A DNA stretch of 64,000 nt from Bacteriovoracaceae bacterium (lineage in GTDB: Bacteria > Bdellovibrionota > Bacteriovoracia > Bacteriovoracales > Bacteriovoracaceae), in the NCBI GenBank assembly GCA_041586955.1, contig JBFGZE010000002.1, positions 1 to 64,000 of the forward strand. The letters are read 5' to 3'. The notes under the pieces were generated by a model, which saw only the letters and a program-made list of their open reading frames with translations, made no database searches and was not told where the DNA came from. The translations under genes were made by a program, and so were the position numbers. Positions 49,513 through 59,598 of the stretch are shown here, piece by piece. How positions within the stretch are numbered: position 1 is the stretch's first letter; the number at the start of each line of letters is the position of its first letter.

Positions 49513-50352
49513 TTAGGGTATAAGAAAAGAGGCAAAAAGTGGATTATGATCTGAGCCTCCGTCGGCCTCTTCGACATGAGATGCTGCTAAGGTCATGCCT
49601 TTATAGAGAATATGATCTAGTGCACGGCCAAAGTACTTTGTTCTTATGTCAGGTGAAAAGCGAGCTTGCTTGAGACTTGCTTCTCTTGCCATTTTGATTA
49701 AGGCCTTTGACCGATTGGCCCGCCAAGTATTAAAATCACCTGCAAAAATAATAGGTCCGGTATGTTTTTTGACCTTGTCAAAAAGAATTACCATTTGTGC
49801 TTTCCACGAATCAAATTTAACAAAGTTAATAGCATGAACATTAATTACTAATAATTTTTGCGCTCTATTTTTTAAAGAGTAGGTACTTAAAAGTGCCATT
49901 TTTGGTGTTTTGAAAATTGGTTCAGTGACGGGCGCGCGCAATGGTATCACTTGTGCGCTCTTCGCCTTTGCAGCGGTTGCGACCCCTGTTTTTTCATTCG
50001 TGTCTTCAAAAGTAAAGGAGTAGGCAAAAAAGGTTTCAAAATTACGATCGCTGAAAAGTTCATAAAAAGATGGGGTCGTGATTGTTTCTTGTAAAATGAG
50101 AATGTTTTGTTGACCTACAATTTGTTGGTATTTAGAGTTAAAGTTATCGCCCTCCATCTTATAGATATTCCACACCATTATATTAAGATTAAGTGGTAAA
50201 GATTTATTTGAGGTGTTGCTAACCCTCTCCAAGCTATTGGCGATACTGGGGACTTTAATTCGATAGATACTACGTTCACCCGCCGTAGTTGTAAGGGTAA
50301 AAATCAATAATAAAATAGAAAACAGTGATAAATTAATTTTTTTCATATTCAT
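49513..50352 (-). CDS. Secreted endonuclease/exonuclease/phosphatase protein (YafD-like)
   Basis: VWNIYK, ILQE, NVHAINF, AGDFNTW, LDHI, SDHNP. Confidence 0.9.
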   Translation of the reverse strand: MNMKKINLSLFSILLLIFTLTTTAGERSIYRIKVPSIANSLERVSNTSNKSLPLNLNIMVWNIYKMEGDNFNSKYQQIVGQQNILILQETITTPSFYELFSDRNFETFFAYSFTFEDTNEKTGVATAAKAKSAQVIPLRAPVTEPIFKTPKMALLSTYSLKNRAQKLLVINVHAINFVKFDSWKAQMVILFDKVKKHTGPIIFAGDFNTWRANRSKALIKMAREASLKQARFSPDIRTKYFGRALDHILYKGMTLAASHVEEADGGSDHNPLFASFLIP

Positions 50353-50416
50353 AATCGTATCTATTTACCCTATAATGATGAGAAGGGCGTTTTTGAAAAG
50401 GTGCCAATGGTTTTTT

Positions 50417-51364
50417 ATGAAAGCAAATTTAGAAGAAATTGGCCACGACTACTTTAATAAACCTCTAAAAGAGGTGGAATTAAAATCAATTGTTCAGGTA
50501 CTTCCTAACACGCCCGTGCCACAGGCGATCAAAATGATGAAGGATGGTGGTATTGGGGCGATTTTCATTTCCGAAAATGACCGATTATTAGGGGTTCTTT
50601 CTGAGGCGGACCTCCTTTATAAAATGCAACCTGGCAAAGATTGGACTGAGAAGCTAGTCCAAGAAGTGATGACTGTTAACCCTCTTTCGGTTGATATAGA
50701 GCAACATAATTTATCTCATTGTATGCAACTTTGCAGCCGCTATAGAATTCATCATCTGCCGGTATTAAAAAATGGAAGCCCTCTCTACATGATTTCAATT
50801 CTAGATATTATGGGCCTTATCCGCGAAATTTTTCCTAAGAGTATTAAAGAGAAGGGTGTCGTTGATGAATTAATAAAGTTTGATGTTGAAGCTTGTATTG
50901 AAGGTTTTGATTTACCAGCGAAAAGTAAAGGTCAAGTTTCGGGTCGTCTATTTTTGACCCCACTTAAGCGCCTGGTTTATAATCAACCTATTTTTTTAGA
51001 TCATCAAGTACCTCTCAGCGAGGTGATGTTAACCTTGCAGGGGAAGAAGCGAGGTACCTGTCTTATAATGGAGTATGAAACTCGATTGAAGGGAGTTGTC
51101 ACCGAGAGAGACCTCTTGTTTAAACTTTTTGAAGATGCCCCTGACCGCTTTAATCCAGGGTTGGAAGTCAAAGATTTTATGGCCCCAACTCCCCATTTAT
51201 TTTTTACTAAAAATCACTTTGCTCATGCCATTAATTATATGGTCGAAAATGGGCATGGCACTATTATTCTAGTTGATAAAGACAATTTTCCAGTAGGTCT
51301 TGTCAGTCATCTTGAGATTTTCCAATTCATTACCGACTATATTTTTGCCAAAGATAAAGCTTAG
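50417..51364 (+). CDS. CBS-domain protein (two CBS pairs)
   Basis: GVLSEADLL, VQEVMT, GVVTERDLL, VKDFM. Confidence 0.85.
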   Translation: MKANLEEIGHDYFNKPLKEVELKSIVQVLPNTPVPQAIKMMKDGGIGAIFISENDRLLGVLSEADLLYKMQPGKDWTEKLVQEVMTVNPLSVDIEQHNLSHCMQLCSRYRIHHLPVLKNGSPLYMISILDIMGLIREIFPKSIKEKGVVDELIKFDVEACIEGFDLPAKSKGQVSGRLFLTPLKRLVYNQPIFLDHQVPLSEVMLTLQGKKRGTCLIMEYETRLKGVVTERDLLFKLFEDAPDRFNPGLEVKDFMAPTPHLFFTKNHFAHAINYMVENGHGTIILVDKDNFPVGLVSHLEIFQFITDYIFAKDKA

Positions 51365-51536
51365 GGGAGCGGTGGCAACCTGGCGCAACTTGTCTTTGCA
51401 ACCTTGGCCCTATAAAAAGGGCGTGAATAAGGCCTTTCACCAATCCACTCAGGTCCATTTCGATAATGAGAGCAGAATCTTTTTTTTGAGGCCGGGCACG
51501 AAAATTAACATTTAAAAAAGTGCTATGGAATGACAT
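51330..51536 (-). CDS. Possible small basic protein (68 aa)
   Basis: AGGAGG 6 nt upstream of ATG at 51536; overlaps the 3' end of the CBS gene. Confidence 0.4.
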   Translation of the reverse strand: MSFHSTFLNVNFRARPQKKDSALIIEMDLSGLVKGLIHALFIGPRLQRQVAPGCHRSPKLYLWQKYSR

Positions 51537-51611
51537 TTGACCCTCCTGGGATATATGTATTAATTGGTCAAGTCTTAGCTCTAACTTGAACCCCAAGCAA
51601 TACAATGATAG

Positions 51612-51634
51612 AAAGTATCAAAAAATGGTACTTT
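51612..51634. promoter_or_regulatory. Putative operator palindrome
   Basis: AAAGTATCA-aaaaa-TGGTACTTT (8/9 inverted repeat) ending just before the regulator ATG. Confidence 0.45.
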
Positions 51635-51636
51635 TT

Positions 51637-52410
51637 ATGAAAAATGGCCCCACTTATTCATTATTAATTAAAGAACTCAAGAACATTCTCAAGAAGAAAG
51701 GGATTAAATACTCCCAATTGGCCGACCAGCTAAAGATGAGCGAATCTTCTGTAAAACGCTTGATGACGGCCGTTGATGGCCCGTTCTCTAAAATTGAAGC
51801 GATCTGTGAAGTGGCCGGCCTCTCATTTTTTGATTTAGTGGCCTTCTGTAAAGAAGAGAGGGCCATTAATTTTGTTTTGACGGCAGAACAAGAACGGTTC
51901 TTTTCCCATAACACCCATTATTTTTATTTTTTCCACCTTTTGCATGAAGAGAACTTCACCATTAAGCAAATCATGGAACGTTATCAGCTGAATCAACATT
52001 CTATTTCGCAATATCTAAAAAAATTAGAAGAATTAGGGCTTCTTGAGCGCCATCCGGGCGATAAGGTTAAAATTTTAGGTGAGGGTCGTATTACCTTTTC
52101 TGAAATTAATGATTTGGGCCGCTCGCTAATCAAATCATCGATGCATAATTTTGCAGAAGTGACATCCAACTTTGATGAACTAAAACGGAAGGCCGCAGGG
52201 AAAGAGCTGCATTTTGCTTTTGGTGAATATTATATGCGCCATGAAACTGCCGATCATTTTATCCAAGATTTGCGGAAAATTGAGGCGCAAATGGATGTGG
52301 CCAGCAGTCGAGAGGTTAAAGTCTATGAACCCCACGAACTGGATTTCTATACAAGTGTGGTGAGTTTTCTTCCTATGCGTTTCTATTATGAAGATTTACC
52401 GAATCTTTAA
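51637..52410 (+). CDS. XRE-family HTH transcriptional regulator
   Basis: LKNILKKKGIKYSQLADQLKMSESSVKRL plus a second winged-helix region. Confidence 0.9.
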   Translation: MKNGPTYSLLIKELKNILKKKGIKYSQLADQLKMSESSVKRLMTAVDGPFSKIEAICEVAGLSFFDLVAFCKEERAINFVLTAEQERFFSHNTHYFYFFHLLHEENFTIKQIMERYQLNQHSISQYLKKLEELGLLERHPGDKVKILGEGRITFSEINDLGRSLIKSSMHNFAEVTSNFDELKRKAAGKELHFAFGEYYMRHETADHFIQDLRKIEAQMDVASSREVKVYEPHELDFYTSVVSFLPMRFYYEDLPNL

Positions 52411-52560
52411 CTATGAGCGTTATTTCTTGCGTTATTTTAACAAGTTAAATCGATTGAACAATAATGGTTTGACGCAATTTTTACAAAAGTTGGGTGGTTT
52501 AATTGACGGAATTGAATAGGTAACCTAAAGAGTTCTTAACAATAAATATCGAGGAATTTT

Positions 52561-53937
52561 ATGAACTTAGCTGGCGCCTTACTTGTCTTCCTTTTGGCCA
52601 CCCCCATTGTACTGGCCAATAATAACAATATTATTCAATCAACTGATAAAAGTTTTTATATTGAAAAGTTTTATTATGAAGATTTTGTTTATTCACAAGG
52701 AAAAAAAACGGAATTAGGTGATCAAGTTGAGTTGGACGTCGCTTTTCGGTATCAATATAGCAGCTCTACTTTTGCACGCATTCGCTTTGAAACAATACCT
52801 GAAGACAATCGCTTTAATAATAAAACGTCTAAGTTTGAGTTATTGGCCGGTCACCAATATGAAAATCTTAACTTTCAATTAGACCTGGAATTGGATGTCA
52901 ATAATAGTTCAAGTGGAGGTCAAACACTTGGTCTCGATCTTGATAGTGAATATACTCGTCTTCAATGGCAATTGAATAATAAAGTGTCCCTTTCATTCTA
53001 CCCCTTTAATTTTGATGGAGAAGTTGGTCACAAATTCAATACATGGGACGTAACACGAATTAATTATATTAGTGGTGCCCCCTCGACCGTTTCAGAAACC
53101 CAAGGGACAAATAGTATTGTCAATAAAACGATTCCTGGCCTGGAATTAAAATATCAATTTAATGACAGTTGGTCGGCCAATGTCGGACTTGGTGTAGCAT
53201 CCTATTTATATCCAGCTAATGGTGACTTCGACATCCAAAATTTTCCAACTGCTACTCGCTGGGAAAGAAAGGAAGACTTTGGCCATAAACTTGGTGTTCA
53301 ATACAAAAAAGAAAACCTAAAGTTGTCGGTTGATTACGTGGGCCATAGCGAGCCAAAAGAAACAGGAGCGCTTTTGGAAAATGCTTGGTCGGTCTATGGC
53401 ATCGGTCGAACGTCACAGGTGTTAATTGAAGGTGAGTTTACGTTTACGAAAAACGGAAAGGAGGCCTGGGATATTGCCCGCGGGAGCGATTGGTTTAATA
53501 ATACGACTACACCATTTATGCCTATTTATGCTGATTACGATGGGAATAGACAAAATTGGCTAGGCCAAAGTGATTATGCCATAAGCACTAAAATTGGATA
53601 CGAATGGTCTAAATCTACAACTCCTTATGTCACCCTTCGCTATCAAGGAAAAAACTTTATTTTTAGAGATGAAGAGTCGGCCCACCGTTTAAGAACCGCC
53701 GATGAGTCTCAATCTCATGGTGGTCTGATTCGCACGGGCCTTGGGACTTATTTAAAATATGGAAACTTTACGGTCAATCCAGAATTAGAATATCGTAATG
53801 CAAAAAATCCAGTTTTCACCAACGCAGCTGATGAGGTTAGTAGTCAGCGGCTTCTGGGTAACTTCAAAAAGACAGATTACTTAATTACTTTATTTTTAAC
53901 CTATGATTTCGATGGTCGAATGATCTTTGCTCCTTAG
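52561..53937 (+). CDS. Putative outer membrane beta-barrel (porin-like)
   Basis: GAGGA RBS, signal peptide, many amphipathic aromatic strands, terminal YLITLFLTYDF. Confidence 0.7.
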   Translation: MNLAGALLVFLLATPIVLANNNNIIQSTDKSFYIEKFYYEDFVYSQGKKTELGDQVELDVAFRYQYSSSTFARIRFETIPEDNRFNNKTSKFELLAGHQYENLNFQLDLELDVNNSSSGGQTLGLDLDSEYTRLQWQLNNKVSLSFYPFNFDGEVGHKFNTWDVTRINYISGAPSTVSETQGTNSIVNKTIPGLELKYQFNDSWSANVGLGVASYLYPANGDFDIQNFPTATRWERKEDFGHKLGVQYKKENLKLSVDYVGHSEPKETGALLENAWSVYGIGRTSQVLIEGEFTFTKNGKEAWDIARGSDWFNNTTTPFMPIYADYDGNRQNWLGQSDYAISTKIGYEWSKSTTPYVTLRYQGKNFIFRDEESAHRLRTADESQSHGGLIRTGLGTYLKYGNFTVNPELEYRNAKNPVFTNAADEVSSQRLLGNFKKTDYLITLFLTYDFDGRMIFAP

Positions 53938-53954
53938 TGGGCCAAGGGGATAAT

Positions 53955-55490
53955 GTGAATAGATTGATAAATATTTTGACACTTCTTTTTCTTCTTACCG
54001 CCCTAAGTGCTTGTGGAGATAAAAGTGAAACCTTAATTAAGGATATCAATTCTAAAAAGGTGGAAGAGGCCATTTCTAAAATGGATGAAATTCAAACATC
54101 TATAGCAGAAGGCCAATTATTAGGGCGTACGAGTCGCAATGATAAAAGAAAAATTAATGAGACCCTGAAACAATTAAAAATCAATTTGATGGCACTCGAC
54201 CTTAACCCATTAGACCATAAGGCCCTTGAGAGAATAGTCCGGCATTTGCGGTTTTTTGAAACGAAGATATTATCAGAAAGAGATATTCCACGGTTAAACG
54301 CCTTAGTCGATATCGTTCGCCAAGAGGCATCCCGTTATGCAGGTCTTCAGGGCACTAGTTTGGCGCAGGTCCCATGGCCTTTATATAATTATGGATTTTC
54401 GCGCGGGATTGAACCCTTTGGAGTTTATTCAGATGGGAATAATTGGGAGCGCCGCTATTCACAAGATAGATCCTCAGCAAATGTCAGAAATGGAGGCAGA
54501 GATGGAGAGTCTTGGCTATTGACCCCCACATTTAACCTTGCTGGTGTTGATAACCCTATTCTTAGTATTAAGCATCTTCTCATGATTGATGATAATAATC
54601 GCAGTCGAGTTCCTTTAAATATGGGGAAAATCCTTAGTGATGCCTTTAAAGTTATGGTCACAACTAACTTTAAGGAGGGGCCACAAAGTCTCGACAATAA
54701 TTTATGGGAGGAGCTAACTTTAGATCGTCTTCCAAGTGGTAGAGATTTTCATAGTCTAACCTCTTCAGTATCATTAAAAAAATACCGCGGGCATAATGTC
54801 ACGATTGCCTTTATTCTAAAAACAAATACCAAAGAAATTGGTAATCATTTTTTGACTTGGCAAATAGAGCGACTGCGAATATTAGGCGCCGCCGATAAAA
54901 TGACTTACTCCCCCCGTCAAAAACCTTTTAACCCTGATGATGAAGATGATCTTGGTAAAGAAGTTCTACATTGGTCTTTTCGAGAGAAAGGAATGGGCAA
55001 CCTCCAGCAGACGGCCTTGTCGGGTACTCCTGGAGCATTTTCCTATAATGAGGGCCGAGGTTGTGCCATTATTAGTCCTAATCGAGAGAAGCTATTCGGA
55101 AAACAATTATTATATACCGGAATTTTGGATTTAACGGTGGTTAAAGAAGCTGCCATGCGTGTTCATCAGACGATTAATTTTTATACGGAAGAGGCCAAAA
55201 AACATGATTTGATTAGTATTAAGATCGCTGAAGTCGTCGAAGGGGTAGAGGTTAGTGATCTTAATTGGTTAGAAATACCATTTAAGAGAACTCCCGATGG
55301 AAGCGGATGGAATAGCATGAAGTCCGAATGGGTCAAGTTGCCAACTGCCCTCCAAGGAAAAAAGGTACGGCTTGGGTTCTTTTATGAATCATTGAAGCAA
55401 ACCTCTGATGATGGCAAAGTCACTGATTTTTTTCCCGCATGGCAAATTTATGACTTTTGGGTCAATGATTTAACTGGAGTCGAATTGTGA
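53955..55490 (+). CDS. Lipoprotein with two choice-of-anchor-J / DUF5017-like beta-sandwich domains
   Basis: Lipobox LSAC; ESWLLTPTFNL...VTIAF...TWQI and QLLYTGILDL...VRLGF...AWQI. Confidence 0.7.
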   Translation: MNRLINILTLLFLLTALSACGDKSETLIKDINSKKVEEAISKMDEIQTSIAEGQLLGRTSRNDKRKINETLKQLKINLMALDLNPLDHKALERIVRHLRFFETKILSERDIPRLNALVDIVRQEASRYAGLQGTSLAQVPWPLYNYGFSRGIEPFGVYSDGNNWERRYSQDRSSANVRNGGRDGESWLLTPTFNLAGVDNPILSIKHLLMIDDNNRSRVPLNMGKILSDAFKVMVTTNFKEGPQSLDNNLWEELTLDRLPSGRDFHSLTSSVSLKKYRGHNVTIAFILKTNTKEIGNHFLTWQIERLRILGAADKMTYSPRQKPFNPDDEDDLGKEVLHWSFREKGMGNLQQTALSGTPGAFSYNEGRGCAIISPNREKLFGKQLLYTGILDLTVVKEAAMRVHQTINFYTEEAKKHDLISIKIAEVVEGVEVSDLNWLEIPFKRTPDGSGWNSMKSEWVKLPTALQGKKVRLGFFYESLKQTSDDGKVTDFFPAWQIYDFWVNDLTGVEL

Positions 55491-57985
55491 GAAAGGTTTT
55501 CTTTTTAGGACTTTTACTCCTGATTGGCTGTGGTAAAGAATCCTATCGTTTGGACAATGGGGAATACCTCGTTTCTGCCGATAAAAAATATGAAGGTTCA
55601 ACCACAGCTGGAAACCTAATTACGACCGCAATCAAAGAAGTCCATCAATTGGACATGGTTTTTTACCCAAGTGATTTTCTTAATGAGTCACTTAATGGAT
55701 TGGTTCGTCCCAATCTGACTCCTCGTGAAATTACTGAACTGAAAAAGTTATTTCCTACTGCCACCAAAGATCAATTCATGGTTGGTACGATGAAAGGGAA
55801 AGATATAAAGAAGTTTGTTATCGGCCGCTCAAATGATACTTATCGTGCCGATTTGCAGGTGGCGGGGCTTCGCTATCATATTCACACTGTCGGTGGAGTT
55901 AGGCAATATGCCTATTTTAATAGGCCTGAAGGTTTAGAGTTTGAGGACAATGAGTATTATAATGTGGCCATTTCTCATTATTTTTATTTTTCAGGTCAAA
56001 CTTTTCCCTCCTATAAGTACCGCAATAGCTTTAGTCATTCATTTAATTTTTCCTCGACCATTATATCGGCACGCGATTCATTAGAAACTTATTTGAAGAC
56101 GATTAAAAATCTTCCCTATCTCAAAGAAATTCGCGCTAAATATACAAGCTTTATTAAAGGTGATGCCGGAGCTGTCAAAATCTATCAGATCCAAGGAGAA
56201 TCACATCGCAGCCCCTTATTAGGGAAGAGAGTCACGACAAGTGGTATTGTGACCGCTTTTGGTTCAGTGGATTGGTACCCTGGTGGAATGGATATTATCA
56301 TTCAAGATAAAAATGGGGATGGTAATGACCATACTTCTGATGCCGTACATATTCACGTTGATAATAAGGCCTTAAATATTCAATTAGGAGATCATATCTC
56401 CGTTACCGGAGTGGTTTATGAAGAAATGATGGGAAATGGGCTTGGTAAGACTTCCATCAGAGAAGTGATTAAACTAAGCACAATTTCTTCAGGCAATGCC
56501 TTACCGGCACCAGTCATTTTGGGGATGCGAGGCAGGCCTATCCCGGATTTTAAAATTTCATCTTTTATAGGAGATTTGAATTTCAAACCCAACCTTTCAC
56601 TTTTTGAAGGGATTGATTTTTACGAATCATTAGAGGGCATGCGAATTGAAATTAATAATCCCGCGGTTGTCGGATTTCGTGGTGGTAAAGAAGAATATGA
56701 AGGGCAACGGCCAAAAGGTCATTTAAGCCTCTATCTGGTACCCGATTCAAAAGCTCGCCACGATGGACGTACATTGCCTGGCGGGATAATCATCGGTGAG
56801 AAAGGTGAGGATTACAATCCTGAAATTATTCAATTATCAGCTAGTCATTTAAGCCGAGGGATTAATACTGAAACGATTTTTAATATTGGTGATATTTTAG
56901 AGGGTGCTATTGTTGGCAATATGAGCTTTGAGAAAAATATTTTCGGTGGTGGTGATTATACGATGGTCCTACCTCTGGCACAAAAGGCCTTGGGCCATGA
57001 ATTTAAGGGGCGCGGTCTTGTTCCTCTCTCTAGTCGACCTAAGACGGCCCTCGTCAGCTCAAAAGATCATCTGACGGTGGCCAGTTTTAATGTGGAAAAC
57101 TTGGCCGGGAACCAACCTCTTCGTATCAAGGAGATTGGGCGTTCGATTAAAACTAATTTGAAATGTCCAGATATCGTCAACTTAGTCGAGATTCAGGATA
57201 ATAATGGTGTTTCTTTAAATGGTGGCCCTGATGCTCAATTAACTCTTGAAAAATTAATTAAAAAAATCAAATGTGGTGTCAATGTAGAGTATAAATCAAT
57301 CAATATCGATCCTCTTAATCATAGTGAAGGGGGCCAGCCCGGCGGAAATATTCGCGTTTCGATGATTTATAACGCCAAACGCGTGGGTTTTTCTCCGAGA
57401 GGGCAATCAGGGGCACTGGAGGAAACTCGTGTCGGCCCTGATGGAAGTCTTAATATCAACCCTGGACGAGTTTTCCCTGGTAGTGATGCTTTTAATCGCA
57501 CACGAAAAAGCCTTGTCGTAGAGTTTACATTTAAAGGTGAAAAAGTACTTCTTATTGGAAATCATTTTAATTCTAAATTAGGAGACACTAGTTTTTGGTC
57601 AGCACAACAGCCACCTCGCTCACGGTCTGAAGTAAGACGTGTACCTGTTGCCGAAAAGGTTAATGAATTCGTTCGTATCTTAAATCAACGGAACCCGAAG
57701 GCGAATATTATTGTGCTTGGAGACTTCAATGCCCTTGTTCACGAGGCATCGATGAGGGTTTTGGCCGGTAATGAACTTTATAATTTGATGACTTATAAGA
57801 ACCTTGTTGATCCTAAGGATCGCTATACCACTAATCATAATGGAAATTCCCAGCCTCTGGATTATATCTTTGTGAATGGTAATTTAATTAATAAGTCACC
57901 AGAATTTGAAATCCTGCATATTAATTCCGATTTTATGGGGCGATTATCAGATCATGACCCAATTATTGGGCGATTTAAATTTTAA
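55487..57985 (+). CDS. Lipoprotein: 5'-nucleotidase C-terminal domain + OB fold + ExeM/NucH-like EEP nuclease
   Basis: Lipobox LIGC; TAGNLITTAI...LQVAGLRY...YNVAIS; IYQIQG...SPLLG; YESLEGM; SFNVEN, EIQD, NHFNSK, GDFN, LDYI, SDHDP. Confidence 0.9.
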   Translation: MRKVFFLGLLLLIGCGKESYRLDNGEYLVSADKKYEGSTTAGNLITTAIKEVHQLDMVFYPSDFLNESLNGLVRPNLTPREITELKKLFPTATKDQFMVGTMKGKDIKKFVIGRSNDTYRADLQVAGLRYHIHTVGGVRQYAYFNRPEGLEFEDNEYYNVAISHYFYFSGQTFPSYKYRNSFSHSFNFSSTIISARDSLETYLKTIKNLPYLKEIRAKYTSFIKGDAGAVKIYQIQGESHRSPLLGKRVTTSGIVTAFGSVDWYPGGMDIIIQDKNGDGNDHTSDAVHIHVDNKALNIQLGDHISVTGVVYEEMMGNGLGKTSIREVIKLSTISSGNALPAPVILGMRGRPIPDFKISSFIGDLNFKPNLSLFEGIDFYESLEGMRIEINNPAVVGFRGGKEEYEGQRPKGHLSLYLVPDSKARHDGRTLPGGIIIGEKGEDYNPEIIQLSASHLSRGINTETIFNIGDILEGAIVGNMSFEKNIFGGGDYTMVLPLAQKALGHEFKGRGLVPLSSRPKTALVSSKDHLTVASFNVENLAGNQPLRIKEIGRSIKTNLKCPDIVNLVEIQDNNGVSLNGGPDAQLTLEKLIKKIKCGVNVEYKSINIDPLNHSEGGQPGGNIRVSMIYNAKRVGFSPRGQSGALEETRVGPDGSLNINPGRVFPGSDAFNRTRKSLVVEFTFKGEKVLLIGNHFNSKLGDTSFWSAQQPPRSRSEVRRVPVAEKVNEFVRILNQRNPKANIIVLGDFNALVHEASMRVLAGNELYNLMTYKNLVDPKDRYTTNHNGNSQPLDYIFVNGNLINKSPEFEILHINSDFMGRLSDHDPIIGRFKF

Positions 57986-58003
57986 GAATGTATATTTTAT
58001 ATC

Positions 58004-58031
58004 AAAAAAAAGGCCCTCAAAAGAGGGCCTT
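58004..58031 (-). terminator. Rho-independent terminator (FKBP gene; possibly bidirectional)
   Basis: A-tract then AAGGCCCTC-aaaa-GAGGGCCTT. Confidence 0.85.
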
Positions 58032-58036
58032 CGTCA

Positions 58037-58654
58037 TTATGACTGAACTTTAACTAATTCGATCTTAAAAAGAAGCGTGGAGTTTGGTCCGATTTGCGGC
58101 CCAGCACCTTGTGCGCCGTAGGCCAAGTTTGAAGGGATCGCCAATTCAAAAATATCACCTTCTTTCATTAATTGGAGGGCTTCGGTCCAACCAGGTATAA
58201 CTCCACTTACGGGAAATGTTGTGGGCTCGCCTCTGCGGTAAGAAGAGTCAAAAACAGTCCCATCAATTAACGTTCCCTCATAATGGGCCTCCACTGAGCA
58301 TTCAGTGGTTGGTGTTTTACCTGTTCCAGATTGAATAACTTTATACTGAAGGCCACTGGCAGTGACTTGAACGCCTTCTTTTTCTTTATTTTGAGCTAAG
58401 AAAGATGCACCAGCTTGCTCGTTGGCCGCACCTGAAGCGGCAGCCGCTTCTTGTTGTTTCGCCTGCATTTCCATTTGGAAGGCCTGCATGATTGTTTGAG
58501 TTTCTTCAGGACTAATAAGTCCTGGTTCGCCCAAGGTCGCTGATTTAACAGCAGCAGTAAAAATTTCTGTATTGATTTCCAAACCTTGAGCGACAAAGTC
58601 ACCGCCGATTTGACGACCGATTATATAACTAATCTTATCGACTTGAGTTTCCAT
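58037..58654 (-). CDS. fklB: FKBP-type peptidyl-prolyl isomerase (FklB/Mip-like)
   Basis: SYIIG, TASGLQY, HYEGTLIDGTVFDSS, VIPGWTEAL. Confidence 0.9.
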   Translation of the reverse strand: METQVDKISYIIGRQIGGDFVAQGLEINTEIFTAAVKSATLGEPGLISPEETQTIMQAFQMEMQAKQQEAAAASGAANEQAGASFLAQNKEKEGVQVTASGLQYKVIQSGTGKTPTTECSVEAHYEGTLIDGTVFDSSYRRGEPTTFPVSGVIPGWTEALQLMKEGDIFELAIPSNLAYGAQGAGPQIGPNSTLLFKIELVKVQS

Positions 58655-58961
58655 GAATAACCTCTTGCGTTAAACGATTTAAAGTGAAGTTTCAATATAG
58701 GAAAAGGTCATAAAGTTGACAATGTTTTATAGGGTAATAGGGCCTATTTGATAAATAAAAGGGGTTTTTCGCGTTTAAATTGATCTTTTTCGGTGGAAGC
58801 TCGTTCATCGTAGTGGAAATAAGGCGAGGAAGTCGTAGATCGCCAGTGGCGATTTTACATTGGCCGAGCCTTTTAGTTTATCTACATCTAGGTGCGGCAT
58901 ACTCGGCAAGTGTATGATATAATAATGACCAATTAATTTACTTATTTGTTTGAGGTCGTGA

Positions 58962-59585
58962 ATGGATTCATCATTAATTCAAAATCTTTTTAATTTTATT
59001 ACTAATAATATTTTTATCATTATCTATGTTTTTGCCGCGATTGAGATATACCTGGTCATCAATATCTTTTTTATGATGAAAAAGCATGAATTGGTTCTTA
59101 CGGATGTATCAGATAATCTTTTAAAAGGATTTAGCGACGCCCCTGACCGTGACTCGAACCAGACTACTCATGAACGAATTGAAGCGGCCTTGGACTTTAT
59201 CCACTATAAAATTTCAATGGGATCAGAATATAAAAAGGAATTTGTCGCCAATGCGGGCAATATTAGCAAACGAGCATTTTATGGCCGGCATTATAAAATT
59301 GAAATATTTGCCAGTGTGATGTCGACATTAGTTCAGGTTTTTCCTCTTCTTGGAATTTTGGGAACAATTTTGGCGATCGCTCAAACGGCTTTTCAATCGG
59401 GCGGGCAAATTGATGTCTCTTCGCTGTCCAATGCTTTTGTCTTGGCGATGGATACCACCATACTTGGTATTACCTTTTCCATTATTTTTATGGTCATTGA
59501 GAGTACTTTTCAGCCAAAAATTGAAAGGGTGATCAATGAAAGTTCTGATTACCGAGACCTGGTCTCTAAAATCAATTTATCTTAA
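58962..59585 (+). CDS. MotA/TolQ/ExbB proton-channel family protein
   Basis: 3 TM segments; PLLGILGT and AMDTTILG. Confidence 0.85.
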   Translation: MDSSLIQNLFNFITNNIFIIIYVFAAIEIYLVINIFFMMKKHELVLTDVSDNLLKGFSDAPDRDSNQTTHERIEAALDFIHYKISMGSEYKKEFVANAGNISKRAFYGRHYKIEIFASVMSTLVQVFPLLGILGTILAIAQTAFQSGGQIDVSSLSNAFVLAMDTTILGITFSIIFMVIESTFQPKIERVINESSDYRDLVSKINLS

Positions 59586-59598
59586 GGATTAAGAGATA

